From Hemiscyllium ocellatum (taxonomy: Eukaryota), in NCBI RefSeq assembly GCF_020745735.1, contig NC_083404.1, positions 14,694,001-14,758,000 on the forward strand: a stretch of DNA of 64,000 nucleotides, given 5' to 3'. Positions 52,320 to 64,000 of this stretch are shown here, in pieces. The notes beneath the pieces are model-generated. The model worked only from the letters and a program-made list of their open reading frames with translations. It made no database searches and was not told where the DNA came from. A program made the position numbers and the translations under genes. Positions within the stretch are counted from its first letter, which is position 1, and every line of letters starts with the position of its first letter.

Positions 52320-52900
52320 AAAGCTGCTACTCACGATATCACATAGATTGTCACTTCATTTTTTTATTTTATGCAAAGTCTTTGCCTTTTCAACAGTTTC
52401 TATACTTCTGGCAAGCCGATGTATTTGGTCATAGTTCTGTTTGTCGAAACACTCGGTAACATTCAGGTCTCAAATGAGGTAAAATACCTTTTGACTCAAT
52501 CCTCATGAAATTTAGGCACTACTTATAAATACTTGGGTAAACCCTGCTCCTTTTGGAGTTCAAGATTTTCTAATTCCATCTCCCTTTCCATTGCTCTCTG
52601 CCTTATCTTTCTCCTCAATTTTCAGTCTTTTAATTTCTCTTTCAGTCCAGTTTTCTTTTCATTTCCACTTGTGTTTGAGCTAATTCCAGCTGTGACATCT
52701 CAGTTTCATGTTTCCTTTCTACCAATACTCAATGTTGTCCAATCATTTGCAGTATCTGATTCTTAAGAGATTCTGCTTTTACATCTGTCTTCAACCTATC
52801 TGCTAAGTCCCTCAGGTTTAGCTTTAGTCAAAGACTTTAAATAATCCTCTGTTATATCTTTGCTTGTAAAACATTTCTTAGCAGTCTTCGAAGCCATTTG
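52320..52900 (-). mobile_element. Gypsy LTR retrotransposon gag remnant
   Basis: Minus strand MASKTAKKCFTSKDITEDYLKSLTKAK..., an E/K/R-rich coiled-coil stretch, then VPKFHED*VKRYFTSFE (VP.F.E..V..YF..FE gag motif). Lies downstream of an LTR end and PBS-like sequence. Confidence 0.7.
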
Positions 52901-53025
52901 TTTCATGCAACAAACCACACACAGCTGCTTTAAACCCAGAACCACTCCATGGTCATTACTTTACAAGAAAGACATAGAACCTTCTTAAAACCAGTGAATT
53001 CAAAGGTCCAAGATCAGCCCCCATT

Positions 53026-54741
53026 TGTTATGATCCCAGCTGATGTTATTACCAGACAAGTCAGATATCTGACAGGAACTTGGCTTGATTAATCAAAACT
53101 TAATTTGTTTTGGTTTAACAAAGTGGTCTCGCTGAACCATGGGCACTTGATGTTGTAGGTTTTCTTTTACCAGTAAAGAAGGAGTTTGTTACAGAAGAAA
53201 CACAATGGAATAATCCAAATTATACACTTATAAAGCAAATTTAAACAGATCAAACACTTAGTTGAAGTGTAATCCCACAAATCTGAAAACCATCCTTTAT
53301 GAATTGAAAAGATATAAAAGCAGCTCTTGTATCATCCTCAAAATACTACTCCTTGTAAAGTTTCCACAAACACAACTCCTATACTTGCGGCCAAAGCCCT
53401 GTTTCCAATGTGTTGGTAGGTTTAAATCCCTTGGAGCTAATGTACACTTGAGCTTCACTGCACTGAGCGAAAGCAACCACTTCTTGGTCTTTACCTTGTC
53501 TGGAACTAACATTAACTCTTCCCTCTGTGGATCTAATCTTCCATATCCTCTCTGTCTTAGGAACTCTGCTGTAATCAGCCATCCTGTTCCAAGGTAGTCA
53601 CAGGACTGAAAACAATACCTAAAGTTAACAGTGAAACTTAAAAGTGTCTCTAAAAAACTAAAAGTCAAAAGGCTGATGAGTGGCAGATCGAGTTTAGTTT
53701 GGATAAATGCATTTAGATAAAACAAACAAAAGCAAGACTCAATTAAAAGTATGGCCTTGGGTAGTATTGGAGAATAGAGAAACCTAAGAGTTCGGGTACA
53801 TAATTCTTTGAAGTTTGCATCACATATAGATAGGGAAGTTAAGAAGACATTTAGCATGCTTGTCTTCATTGCTCAGATCTTTGAGTTATGTTGAAGTTGT
53901 ACATGACGTTGGTGAAGTCTCTGTGAAGAATTGTGTACAGTTCTGTTCTCCCTATTACAGGAAGGATATTTTTAAGCTGGAGAGGGTTCACAAGAGATTT
54001 ACCAGGATGTTGCTGGGAGTGGAGGGTTTGAGCTATAAGGAGAGGGTAGATAGGCTGGGAATTTTTTTTACTGAAACATAGGAGGTTCAGAGGTGACCTT
54101 ATAGAGGTTTATACAATATTGAGGGGTATAGTTAAGATGAATGTCAGGGTAGGATTTCAAGACTAGAGGGCATTTTTTAAGATGAGAGAAGAAAGATTTA
54201 AAGAAGACAATTTTTTTTCCACAGAGAATGGTTCGTGAGTGGAATGAACTTCCAGAGAAAGTGATGGATGTGGATACAGTGACAAAGTTTAAAACATATT
54301 TGGATAAGTTCATGAATAAAAAACATTAGAGAGACATGAAGTAATCTTAGGCAGGTAGGACAAGTTTAGTTTGAGATTATGGTCAGCGTGGAATGGTTGA
54401 AATAAAAGTTCTGTTTTTCTGTGACTCTCTGATTCTCAGTTATGAGTGTTTTGAGTTTATAGAAACAACATCCAGAAGGGTCTAACAAACCTTTGAGCCT
54501 CCATTATTTACTATGCTGGGTGGCAAACATTCTCAAGTAAATAAAAATCTATTCCTGCACTCCACAGCCAGGCTTCCAAAACTGTTTTTACAAGAAGTCA
54601 CTATGGTTATAGAAATATTTACAAATTAATTATTAACTTCAGACTCACAGAAAATCACGCCAGTTACTAAATCAAAAACGAAACCAAACTCATGCCAAAT
54701 ATTGTTAACAATTATACATATAAATCATGGTTTCTATCACA
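53026..54741 (-). mobile_element. 5' LTR of the Gypsy element (interrupted by CR1), followed by PBS-like aatgggggct at 53016-53025
   Basis: Minus strand ...tcataaca|aatgggggct. Far end tgtgata at 54741 is inferred. Confidence 0.55.
53660..54440 (+). mobile_element. CR1 LINE 3' fragment
   Basis: CVQFCSPYYRKDIFKLERVHKRFTRMLLGVEGLSYKERVDRLG, followed by a CR1 tail. Confidence 0.9.
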
Positions 54742-55257
54742 AAATATAAAAGTGAGTGCAGGAGCAGAGAAACCTGGGAACATGCACATAAAATCTTGGA
54801 GTTTCATAATAAAATGGAAATAGTTCAAAAGGAAGGGAATTATGTTGAACATTTACAAATAACTGGTTAGACCCCAGGCAAAATATTGTGGCAATTCTGG
54901 GTATAGCTCCTTGGGAAGATTGTAAAAGCATTAGAGAGATCACAGATGAAGCTGTAACTCTTTTTCTATGTGGTAGCCATTGCTGGGGGGAGGGTGAATA
55001 AATCCAAGTCGTATTGAGGAGGCATTGGTGGACCTCATTCTTCAGCATTATCTCACCTCACTTTTAACAAGATACTTGAACAGAATCACTGACCTGGGCC
55101 TTAAAAGACTTAGATGTTAAATCATAGTTTTGCCTGAAGAGTTTTTCTTCCATTAGGCTTAATATCAATTGAATCCGACAGGTCAAATTCCAAGATTCAT
55201 ATGGGCAGGTGTCCATAAGTCAGCTGTGTATTAAAAGATCTAAGTTAAAAATGACAT

Positions 55258-55690
55258 TATAGAGTCATTGAGTCATACGACATGGAAACAGACCCTTTCG
55301 TCCAACCAGGTCATGCCAACCATAATCCCAAACTAAACTAGTTCCACCTACCTTCGTTTGACCCATATGTCTTCAAATATTTCTTATTCATGTACTTATC
55401 CAAATGTTAATAGAAACAAGCAATATACTCTAGAAGACATGAATTAGGGGCAGAGTTGACCATTTAGCTGTTTAAGCCTACTCCAGTATTCGGTAAGTTA
55501 ATGGTTGATCTGCATTTGGGGTTAACTCCACATTCCTGTGACCCCCATCCCCATAACCCTTGATTACCTTGTTGATCAAATATCTCTCTAAATCAGACTT
55601 TGATTGAATTCAATGGACCAGCCTCTATGGCTCTCTGAAAAAGAGAATTCTTCAGACTAATGACCCCCTGAGAGAACACTTGCTTCTGAA
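55258..55690 (-). mobile_element. Two CR1 3'-tail fragments
   Basis: agagtcattgagtcatacgacatggaaacagaccc... and gaattaggggcagagttgaccatttagc...gagaattc are reverse complements of CR1 tails. Confidence 0.65.
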
Positions 55691-56559
55691 GCGTGGCATA
55701 GCATACCAGGTGAAATTTCCCATTTATTATGGCTTCAGGCGTGATTCCCCTCAGCTTCCAGCTGAGGAGAGATTAACTGAGTCCCTGACTTCATTTCCCC
55801 AACCTTTCAGTTGTTGCAACCAAGTTTAATTTAAAAAAGATCTCTTCCATTGTGGCAATCTTTCTCCCCGTCCCAAATTAACTTATGTTTTAAAAAGTTG
55901 CCTCTTTAATTTGGCTTCCTTGAGTTTGCAAAAAGTGAGTTTGTCAGAAGAATTTGTAACTCAATATACATGTTCACAGATTAGAAATAGGACATGAATC
56001 CAAAGGAATAAATAAAACTAAAAATATACGCAGAGTGGTCTCTGACTTGCTCACCAAGAGCAAAAAGTTGAACATGCTGGAAACTTTGACATTGGTCACT
56101 GAGCAATCATGATGCTTGGCGTTGCAATTTTTGTAGTTCTGATTTTTCTTATCTGGCTTCCAGCTAGCTAACTGACGTCTGGCACTCAGACAGAGAGAAT
56201 CCCTTCATCTGCAATACAGGAATGACTAGGTGGTAGCTCTTTGATTGTGACTGCCACTGCATGCTAATGTTTGAACCCAAGTGGGTACGTTGAAGAACAT
56301 TCAATCCCACTCCAGTCAGGTCGAAACTGACTTTTTAACCCATGTCCTTGTACATTATTTTTTTTAAAATGCAGGAATATGTCTGCAGGTTAGGACATAA
56401 TCCTCAGGGGTGCTTGTTGTTGATCAGGGAGTTGTCATCTCTTTGTTATCTTTGTACTCACAAGATCATTGTCTATTCTATTTTGATTTATATCTTCCCT
56501 CCTATGAAGAGCTGTAATTTGATGTCCTTTCATATCCATATGTCTTACATTCGATGGGT

Positions 56560-57810
56560 CTCTCAAAAACCTTGCTTATTAATTCCTCAAATAATTTGAA
56601 TAAATTAGTCAACCATAATCTCGGCTGACTTCTAAAATCTATAAGCTGCTGGCCTATCCCCATACTGTACTCTGTTTGAATTGGATATTATGCTTAGTTT
56701 CCGTAATTAAGCATAATGGGTGCAAACTTCTCATTGAATATTTTCTTATCTCTCGTTGGAATATACCTGGCTGAACATTATGAAATGATAGCCATTGTTT
56801 ACCTTTTATCCTACTTTTTGGCCTATTTTCCCAGTTTATTTTATCTGACTCTGTCCTTATGATGGTGCTGTGGCTTTAAGAGGTATATATTGTTCTGTTT
56901 TTCTTTATGAGGAGAAGTTGAGAGAGAAGTGCAAAGCAGTCTGCTCAGAGCCAATAAAGAAAACAGATTGTGAGGCCTTGTGATTTTTTTTAAAGTTTGA
57001 ACAATAGAAGCAGCCTGAATGGGTTGAATCAAATTCCCACAGAACCAGGATTTTTAGTTTTAGTTTTTCAGTAACAGTTGCTGCTGGGGTATTGAAGCTG
57101 GAAGCTCTTATTCCTCTCTCTGTTACTGCTGAAAATTGGAGGTAACTTCCTGCTGCTGGAATTGTCTGTGAGACAATCTATTTTACTGAATTTTCCTTTG
57201 CCAAGCGTGTGTTTATTGGATGTTACTGTATTGGAACATGTAGTGTTTGGTGGTTAAACAATCTATTACTCAGTTAATTTTTTTTCAATAGAGTTAAGTA
57301 ATTCTAATTTATTTCTTTTTTCTTTTGTTGTCTTTTTCACTCTATGTATGAATAAAGTGTGTTTTTCATTAAATCTAGTAGTTTGACCAATTTAATTAAA
57401 ATTGAAAACAAAAGGTCTAGGCTATTAAAATAAAACAAGTTAAGGTCTAAGTTATCTTCTTAATATACTTTGTAGGAGTTTGGTTTGCTGAATAACAGTC
57501 CTCACATTCATGCATTTGTCTCAGTTCAGATGTAGGACTCAAGGCTGCTAACTCAGACTCAAACTTAATGTGAATTCTGTCACATTATGTTGGCTAGACC
57601 CTTTTTAATTTTGAGATTTTTCATTAATCTTATTTTATTACACATTACAAGGTCTAAAATAGCCTACTCCCTGGTTGGCACTAGAACATTCTGCTATAAG
57701 AAATTATCCTAAATGCATTCCATGAGCTCAGCTTCCAGGCTATCATTGCCAACCTAAGTTGTCCAAACTATATAAAGATCAACTCACCCATGATTTTTGA
57801 ATTACTCTTC
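56560..57810 (-). mobile_element. Decayed CR1 endonuclease-region fragment split by a solo LTR
   Basis: Flanks join as cccagtttattttatctgactctgtcc|tcacattc. Minus strand reads IMGELI..., FLGXFL.QNVL.PTRE.AILDL. Confidence 0.6.
56857..57497 (+). mobile_element. Solo LTR (Gypsy-like)
   Basis: Ends ...aataaca. Degenerate start (t)tatga. Flanked by gtcc(t) duplication (56853 / 57498). aataaa at 57351. No internal ORF. Confidence 0.65.
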
Positions 57811-58038
57811 TTAAAAATGATAGTAGTAGTAAATAGTATGGATAGAAAGTAAATTCAGTATAACAATGTGGCATGATGTTGGCTTCAGAAGTGGCAGTTA
57901 AAATGTATATGAAAGAGTAATTTATTTACAACTATATTTCATTGATGATTCAGAGTACTGTCCTTTTTCTTAATTTTTGAAGTTTGATTTTGTAGCTATG
58001 GGTACATGTATACCTTCCCTGTTCCTTAAATAATACAG

Positions 58039-58226
58039 AGCTGAAAATGTGTTGCTGGAAAAGCGCAGCAGGTCAGGCAGCATCCAAAGAGCAGAAGAAT
58101 CGACATGAAGAAGGGTTCATGCCCTAACCGTCGACTCTGCTGTTCCTTGGATGCTGCCTGACCTGCTGCGCTTTTCCAGCAACACATTTTCAGCTCTGAT
58201 CTCCAGCATCTGCAGTCCTCACTTTC
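58039..58226. mobile_element. Penelope-derived fold-back mini-insertion
   Basis: 16-bp TSD tccttaaat(a/g)atacag (58023-58038 / 58227-58242). Near-perfect ~50-bp inverted arms. Confidence 0.9.
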
Positions 58227-58524
58227 TCCTTAAATGATACAGGCAAGTTCTATCAATGTTACATTGATACATTTGAAGACAAACTCAGTTGGATAAAGCA
58301 GGAATCTCTGGGAAACCTCAGTAGGTCTTGCAGCTTCTGCAGAGAGAGAAAAAACATTAATATTTTTGAATTAATTAAGACTTTCCTGCAAAATGATGGC
58401 TATCCACAAAAGAAATTCACAATGAATATTTTCTGTAATCACCAAGAATTATTGCACGGAAGGAAATATTTCATTGATTTCCCAGATGACTACGCAAGCA
58501 AATTCACATTTCTTCCAGTCACTC

Positions 58525-58995
58525 TTTTTATGAGGGATATTCTTATGAGGAAAGGTTGACGATGTTGAGCTAATTCTCTGTGGAATTTAGAAGAATGAGA
58601 GATTATCATATTTAAATATATAAAATTCCACTGGGGCTTGACTAGGTAGGTACAGAGAGGATATTTTGTCTCTTGGGGGTATCTAGAATAGAAGATAGAT
58701 TTTAAAAATTAAGTGTCCTTTAGTCATTTAAGATGGAGATGAAGTGTCATTTCTTCTCTCAGTGGATTATTCATGTTTATAATTCTTTCCCCCAGGGAAT
58801 AATGAAGGCTGGATCACTGAATATATTAATGGGATGAGTTAGATCATTGTTTGATCGACGAGGGAATCATGGATCATCAGAGTTAGGTAGAAAGGTGGCC
58901 ACAATCTCATCAGCCAATAACGTTGTTAAGTGACAGATCATGCCTGAGGGGCTGAATGGCCTATTCCTGTTTCTGTTTCTTACATTCTTATGCTT
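58525..58995 (+). mobile_element. CR1 LINE 3' fragment
   Basis: SYEERL.MLS*FSVEFRRMR....YKI..GLD. Tail gggctgaatggcctattcctgtttct. Confidence 0.8.
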
Positions 58996-60471
58996 CTCAT
59001 GGTACTTTTCTTCTGTATCTGTTTCACTGCATTGCTTTTGACGCTTTTTTTTGTCAATTTGGCATCACATTTCTCTTCTCAGCCCAGAAAGTAATCATAT
59101 CAAAAATAGGATGAACAACATTAATGTGTGAGTTCATTTTGTTGCCTTTCATAACTGATTTTTATAGCTGACCAAACAATTGATGATAAAACATAAATTA
59201 TGACATGGAGTCTTCTACATGATTATTTTTCTCTAACGTATTTTGTGGACAGTACCCATGAATACATTTTATATCCAGAGCAATCTAGTTGGATCATTTC
59301 CTATTGACATTTTCACATTATTTTTCATCTAATCTGCTGTGAGTTTACCTGCAGAAGTATGTTTTCCTGATGCAGAAATGCTTCGCCTATCACTTATAAT
59401 TGAAGAAACTGGCAGTGGGCACCATGGTATTGAAGAATCCAACAGAAATTTATTAGCACACCATTATTAACAAACATTGCTTTCATGACAGCATAAATAT
59501 CTGGGCTAAAATTAAGCTAATAATTTATAACACAGAGCATGTTTCTTGTAGAGTGTCATGCTTCAAGTGATCCAAGGTAAGGTAGAGTAGGAAATCTTCA
59601 AACATCAGGTCACATATTATAATGTGGTGATGATGTATTGAGCATGTCTCTTAAAGGCAGATGGAAATACTGGCAGTGAAACCTAACACAACACCCCCTT
59701 TTTTTCAAAAATGAAAGATATTCCAAACAGACAGATATAATTATACATAGGCACATGTTTTCAATGTAATTATGCAATAAAGTCAGCATGATTAACATTG
59801 AAACAACGCTATTATGCTTTGGATGTTTGACAACTCATCATGAATTGATAACAGTGCAAACATTTGGGGAGTTATACTCTTCTCTGTGGCACTCACTTGT
59901 AACTTGGTTATGTTGCTGTCTCTCAACATCACTGTGTAATTACCATTGTCAAGTCAGAGCTGAAATTTACTTCACAATGGTGACCATGATCAGTCATGAC
60001 TTAGTATGATCTGGGCTGTTGCATAATTTAGAAATATTTTCTGGTATCCCCAAGTACTTGTATTTGTATTTCTAACTTGCACTCTTTGTCCAGTGAGCAG
60101 TTTTGCTAGATTGCTGTCTGCTCACTCATCATGTATCTCTTTCATTCTCCTCTGACTTTGAAGAAGAATGTCCTGTACCTAAGGATGGTTAGAAAATTGG
60201 TTGCTGGGCAAAGTCATTCACATTTGCTTTCTGATCGTAAGTTTTACTGAGGATGATAATCCCTTTTTCATTGATGTCGTATGTAAATTCAGCAATATGA
60301 TGTAAAAATCTTGATTATTGCATTTATAAGTCACTAATTTGATAGTACATAACCTACATTCTGCTCCTCTATTTGAGTGTGAATAGTGGGGTGATGATGT
60401 GATGTGATATAGGTCTCTCTCCACTTAGTACAAGTCTTGACATAGTTTGCTAGAGTACTGCTTTCCATTGT

Positions 60472-60533
60472 GCTCTTCCAGCACCACTGATCCAGAATCT
60501 GGTTTCCAGCATCTGCAGTCATTGTTTTTACCT
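60472..60533 (+). mobile_element. 62-bp Penelope terminal stub
   Basis: Perfect 16-bp TSD tactgctttccattgt (60456-60471 / 60534-60549). Ends ccagcatctgcagtcattgtttttacc. Confidence 0.85.
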
Positions 60534-61149
60534 TACTGCTTTCCATTGTTGGACATATCTAATTAAGGATACCAAATAATCTGAAAATAGCACTGAACAT
60601 GTCAAAAACAGTTGTGTTTCTGCTGTTTCTAAGTCATCAAAGAATGGGAACTTTGGTGAAAAAAGCTCATCACAGTAATGCAATCTTCTCCACATATGGT
60701 GAATAGTTCTGTAGCTACTTTTGTCCCGAGTGTGGATCAAACATCATATGAATGTAGAGGCTGAATCCATTGTTGATTAATTTGTCCTCACACGCATTCA
60801 TGAGTCAATGAATATCCTGAATCATCCCTGTCCAAAGCGAAGAATTACATGCAAGTCATTCTATGAGTTAATAGCCATGTTTTCATATTGTATCATAAAC
60901 ATAATATCTTGATATCATGACTTTTGTATTTGAGCATGTTTGCCCTTGAAACCTAGTTGCCATGATAGACCACACTCATCACTGTATGGCCAAATGAATG
61001 AAACCTCTTAGTGTTTCTTTCAGACTCTCAAGTTATCCCACAATAATGATTTTGTGCTCCCCTTGCAGTTGCTGCTCCTCAGCATTTGCTGATCAGACGT
61101 TGCATATGTAAGGTCTAGGCTACTGAAAACAGAAGAATATCTGGAAAAT

Positions 61150-63012
61150 AGGTCCAATCTGAAACAAGAAATTGAGAGGACTAAAAGAGGTCACAAAAGG
61201 TCTTTTAGCAAACAGGGTTAATGAAAATCCCAAAATCTTTTATGCGTATATAAGGATCAAGAGTCTAACTAGAGAGAGAGTTGGCCCACTCAAGGACAAA
61301 GGAAGAAGGTTATGCGTGGAGTCAGAGCAAATGGCTGAGATTCCTAATGAGTACTTTGCATCAGTTATTCACCGAGGAGAGGGACATGATGGATGTTGAG
61401 GTTGGGGATAAGTGTTTGAGTACTCTAGGTCAAGTTGACACAAGGAGGAGGAAGTAAGGTATTAAGGTGGACAAGCCCCCAGGTCCAGATAGGATCTATA
61501 CCAGGTTATTGATGGGAGAAAGAGAGGAAATAGCTGGAGCCTTAACTGATATCTTTGCAGCATCCTTGAACATGAATGATGTCCCAGAGGACTGGAGACT
61601 TACTAATGCTGTCCCTTTGATTAAGACAAGTAGCAGGGATAATCCTGGTAATTATAGACCAATGAGCCTGGCATCAGTGGTAGAGAAGCTGCTGGAGATG
61701 ATACTGAGGAATAGGATCTATTTATATTTGGAAGAAAATGGACTTATCAGTGATAGGAAGGTCATGTCTTACCAACTTAATAGAATTCTTTTAGAAAGTG
61801 ACAATATTGATCAATAAGGGAACGGTTGTAGATGTCATATACATGGACTTCAGTAAGGCTTTCGATAAGGTTCCCCATGATAGGCTGATGGAGAAAGTGA
61901 CGTCGCATGGTGTCCAAGGTATAGTGGCTAGATCGATAGAGAACTGGCTGGGCAGTGGGAGACAGAGAGTGGTAGTGGAAGGACATTTCTCAAAACAGAG
62001 AACTGTAACCAGTGGTATTCCACAGGGATCTATGCTGGAATCACTATTGTTTGTGATGTACATAAATGATCTGGAGGAAGGTGTAGGTGGTCTGATTAGC
62101 AAGCTTGCAGATGACATTAAAATTTGTGGGATAGCAGATAGTGAAGGGGACTGTCAGAGAATACAGTAGAATATAGATAGATTGGAGAGTTGGGCAGAGA
62201 AATGACAGATGGCGTTCAATCCAGGCAAATGCAACATGATGCATTTTGGAAGATCCAATTCAAGAACAAGCTATATGCTAAATGGAAGAGGCCTGGGGAA
62301 AATTGATGTACAGAGAGATCTGGGTGTTCAGGACCATTGTACCCTGCAGGTTGCTAGAATGGTCAAGAAGCCAAATAGGCATGCTTTCCTTCATCAGAAG
62401 AGGTATTGAGTACAAGAGTTAGCAGGTCATGTTACGGTTGTATAGGACTTTGGTTCGGCCACATTAGGAATACTGTGAACAGTTCTGGCCACCACATTAC
62501 CAAAAAGATATGGATGCTTTGAAGAGGTCTAGAGGAGGTACACCAGGATGTTGCCTGGTTATGGAGAGTGTTGGCTGTGAAGAGAGGTTGAGTAGATTAG
62601 CATTATTTTCATTAGAAAGACGAATGTTGAGGGGGGACCTGATTGAGGTCTACAAAATCATGAGAGGTATAGACAGGGTGGATAGCAAAAAGCTTTTTCC
62701 CAGAGTGGGGAACTCAATTATGAGGGGTCATGGGTTCAAGGTGAGAGGTGAAAAGTTTAAGGGAGATATGCATGGAAAGTTCTTTACACAGAGGTTGGTG
62801 AGTGCCTGGAACGTGTTGCCAGTGGGGGTGGGAGAGGCTGGCATGATAACATTATTTAAGATGTATTTAGACAGATACATGAATGGGCAGGGAGGAGAGG
62901 GATACAGATCCTTAGAAAATAGGTGACATATTTAGATAGAGGATCTGCATCAGTGTGGCTGGGAGGACCGAAGGGTTCATTCCTGTGCTATAATTTTCTT
63001 TGTCCTTTGTTC
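61150..63012 (+). mobile_element. 5'-truncated CR1 LINE (RT domain, frameshifted)
   Basis: NPKIFYAYI, KPPGPDRIY, DNPGNYRPMSL, VDVIYMDFSKAFDKVPH, SGIPQGS, YINDL, KLADD and a CR1 3' tail. Several stops and frameshifts. Confidence 0.95.
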
Positions 63013-64000
63013 TCAAAATGTTCACACTGTCTCTGGTCAAAGTAGAATAGACCTATCTTAAGGACATCTTTAATAATCAAGTTGATTGGGCTATCTGCTC
63101 AGTGTGTCAGACATAATTATCCAGGTACCAGCAAGGCTTTGCTGACAGGAGCTGCTCAAGTGCATTGGTGGTCATCTCGCCACACAGGGGGAATCTCCTT
63201 CTCCGGCAAATCTCTCAGTGTCAATATTTTTCCACAAAGTTAGAAGTATACACCAAGAGAGAATTCAAAATCCTGAAAGCGTTGGCACTTGTTTGGCATT
63301 CCCAACCTTTCCTGAATCAGGACGGTCTCCATGGGTGGAGTAAATGGATTCAAAGAAGTTTGTCTGACACTTCATGTTGTAAATAGTATTCCTTGTTCTT
63401 GCACTGCTATCTTCAGTAGGTTCAGGTCATGGTCATGTTCTGTCTTTATCTTCCCCATGACTGCAATTTTGTCAGCTATGCAAATACAACAAATCTCAAT
63501 AATCCTATCCATGTGTTGCTGGAATATATCTTGGCTGGGAGCCTCAGTGATAACTGTCAGAGACAGTACCATTCAAATAGCATCCGATAATGCCTTGGAG
63601 TTTCTTCTGCTAAAATGAACAGACCAGAATCCATGTTTTTGCATTGAGCTTTGACAGGGATCTTGATCCACAAAATATATGACTTTATTCCTCCAGTATC
63701 AGTAATTTTTTTGGACACCTTCTAATATTTGAGACATCTTGAATATAGGTATACCCTTAAGGAACCATCAGAAGGATTGACAGATTGATATGCAGGCTGT
63801 TTGGCAGTGTTATGACTCACCTTCCAGGAGTATCAAGTTCTTAGTGGGATCTGAACCCAGTGCTCTGGGAACCCTACACTACATCACAAGCTCCCCACTC
63901 CCCTTGTTGACAAAGTCAATATCATTCTTTGATTACAGTCAACCTGGAATTTGCATTATGAGCTGCACACTAGAGCAGTAAGAGAAAATGATGTGGAGTG

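Larger units (their letters stand above)
59750..63700 (-). mobile_element. Decayed Gypsy pol (RT-RNaseH-integrase), interrupted by CR1 and a Penelope stub
   Basis: RT: SQDIFQQHMDRIIE.CCICIADKIAVMG..EHDHDL (63372-63572). SDTLSR (~63100). WTGMIQDI...C zinc finger (~60800). Integrase HITSSPHYSHSN.GAE (60218-60424). Domain order RT-RH-IN is Gypsy-type. Confidence 0.82.

Noticed and set aside
61172-62926. Active LINE reverse transcriptase gene
   Set aside because: 5'-truncated, split over five ORFs by stops and frameshifts, with an internal deletion near 61755.

Overview
Eukaryotic, repeat-rich genomic DNA, most likely from a shark or other elasmobranch, based on HE1-type V-SINEs, CR1/HER1-like LINEs and abundant Penelope-like elements. 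I recognise no intact host protein-coding gene, rRNA, tRNA or CRISPR array. Two large tandem arrays dominate: an 18-bp-unit (TGN)n minisatellite (1-~10765, running off the window start) and a 24-bp-unit minisatellite (~43975-52132). Together they produce all the long ORFs in the ORF track. The rest is decayed, often nested mobile elements: CR1, RTE and L2 LINEs, Penelope RT/GIY-YIG fragments, Gypsy gag/pol/LTR remnants, SINEs and a Tigger-like MITE. A TE-poor block (~36-43 kb) contains a candidate conserved enhancer. Points of most interest: (i) a graded series of Penelope-derived mini-insertions (12-570 bp) with 10-16 bp target-site duplications, several folded back on themselves and carrying minimal hammerhead-ribozyme motifs; (ii) the minus strand of the first array reads as a Thr-Ala-Ala/Pro-Ser-Ala polymer entered from a unique-sequence ATG, resembling a mucin or antifreeze glycoprotein but broken by frameshifts; (iii) higher-order duplication structure in both arrays. 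Boundaries of decayed elements are approximate and family names come from recognition, not database searches.
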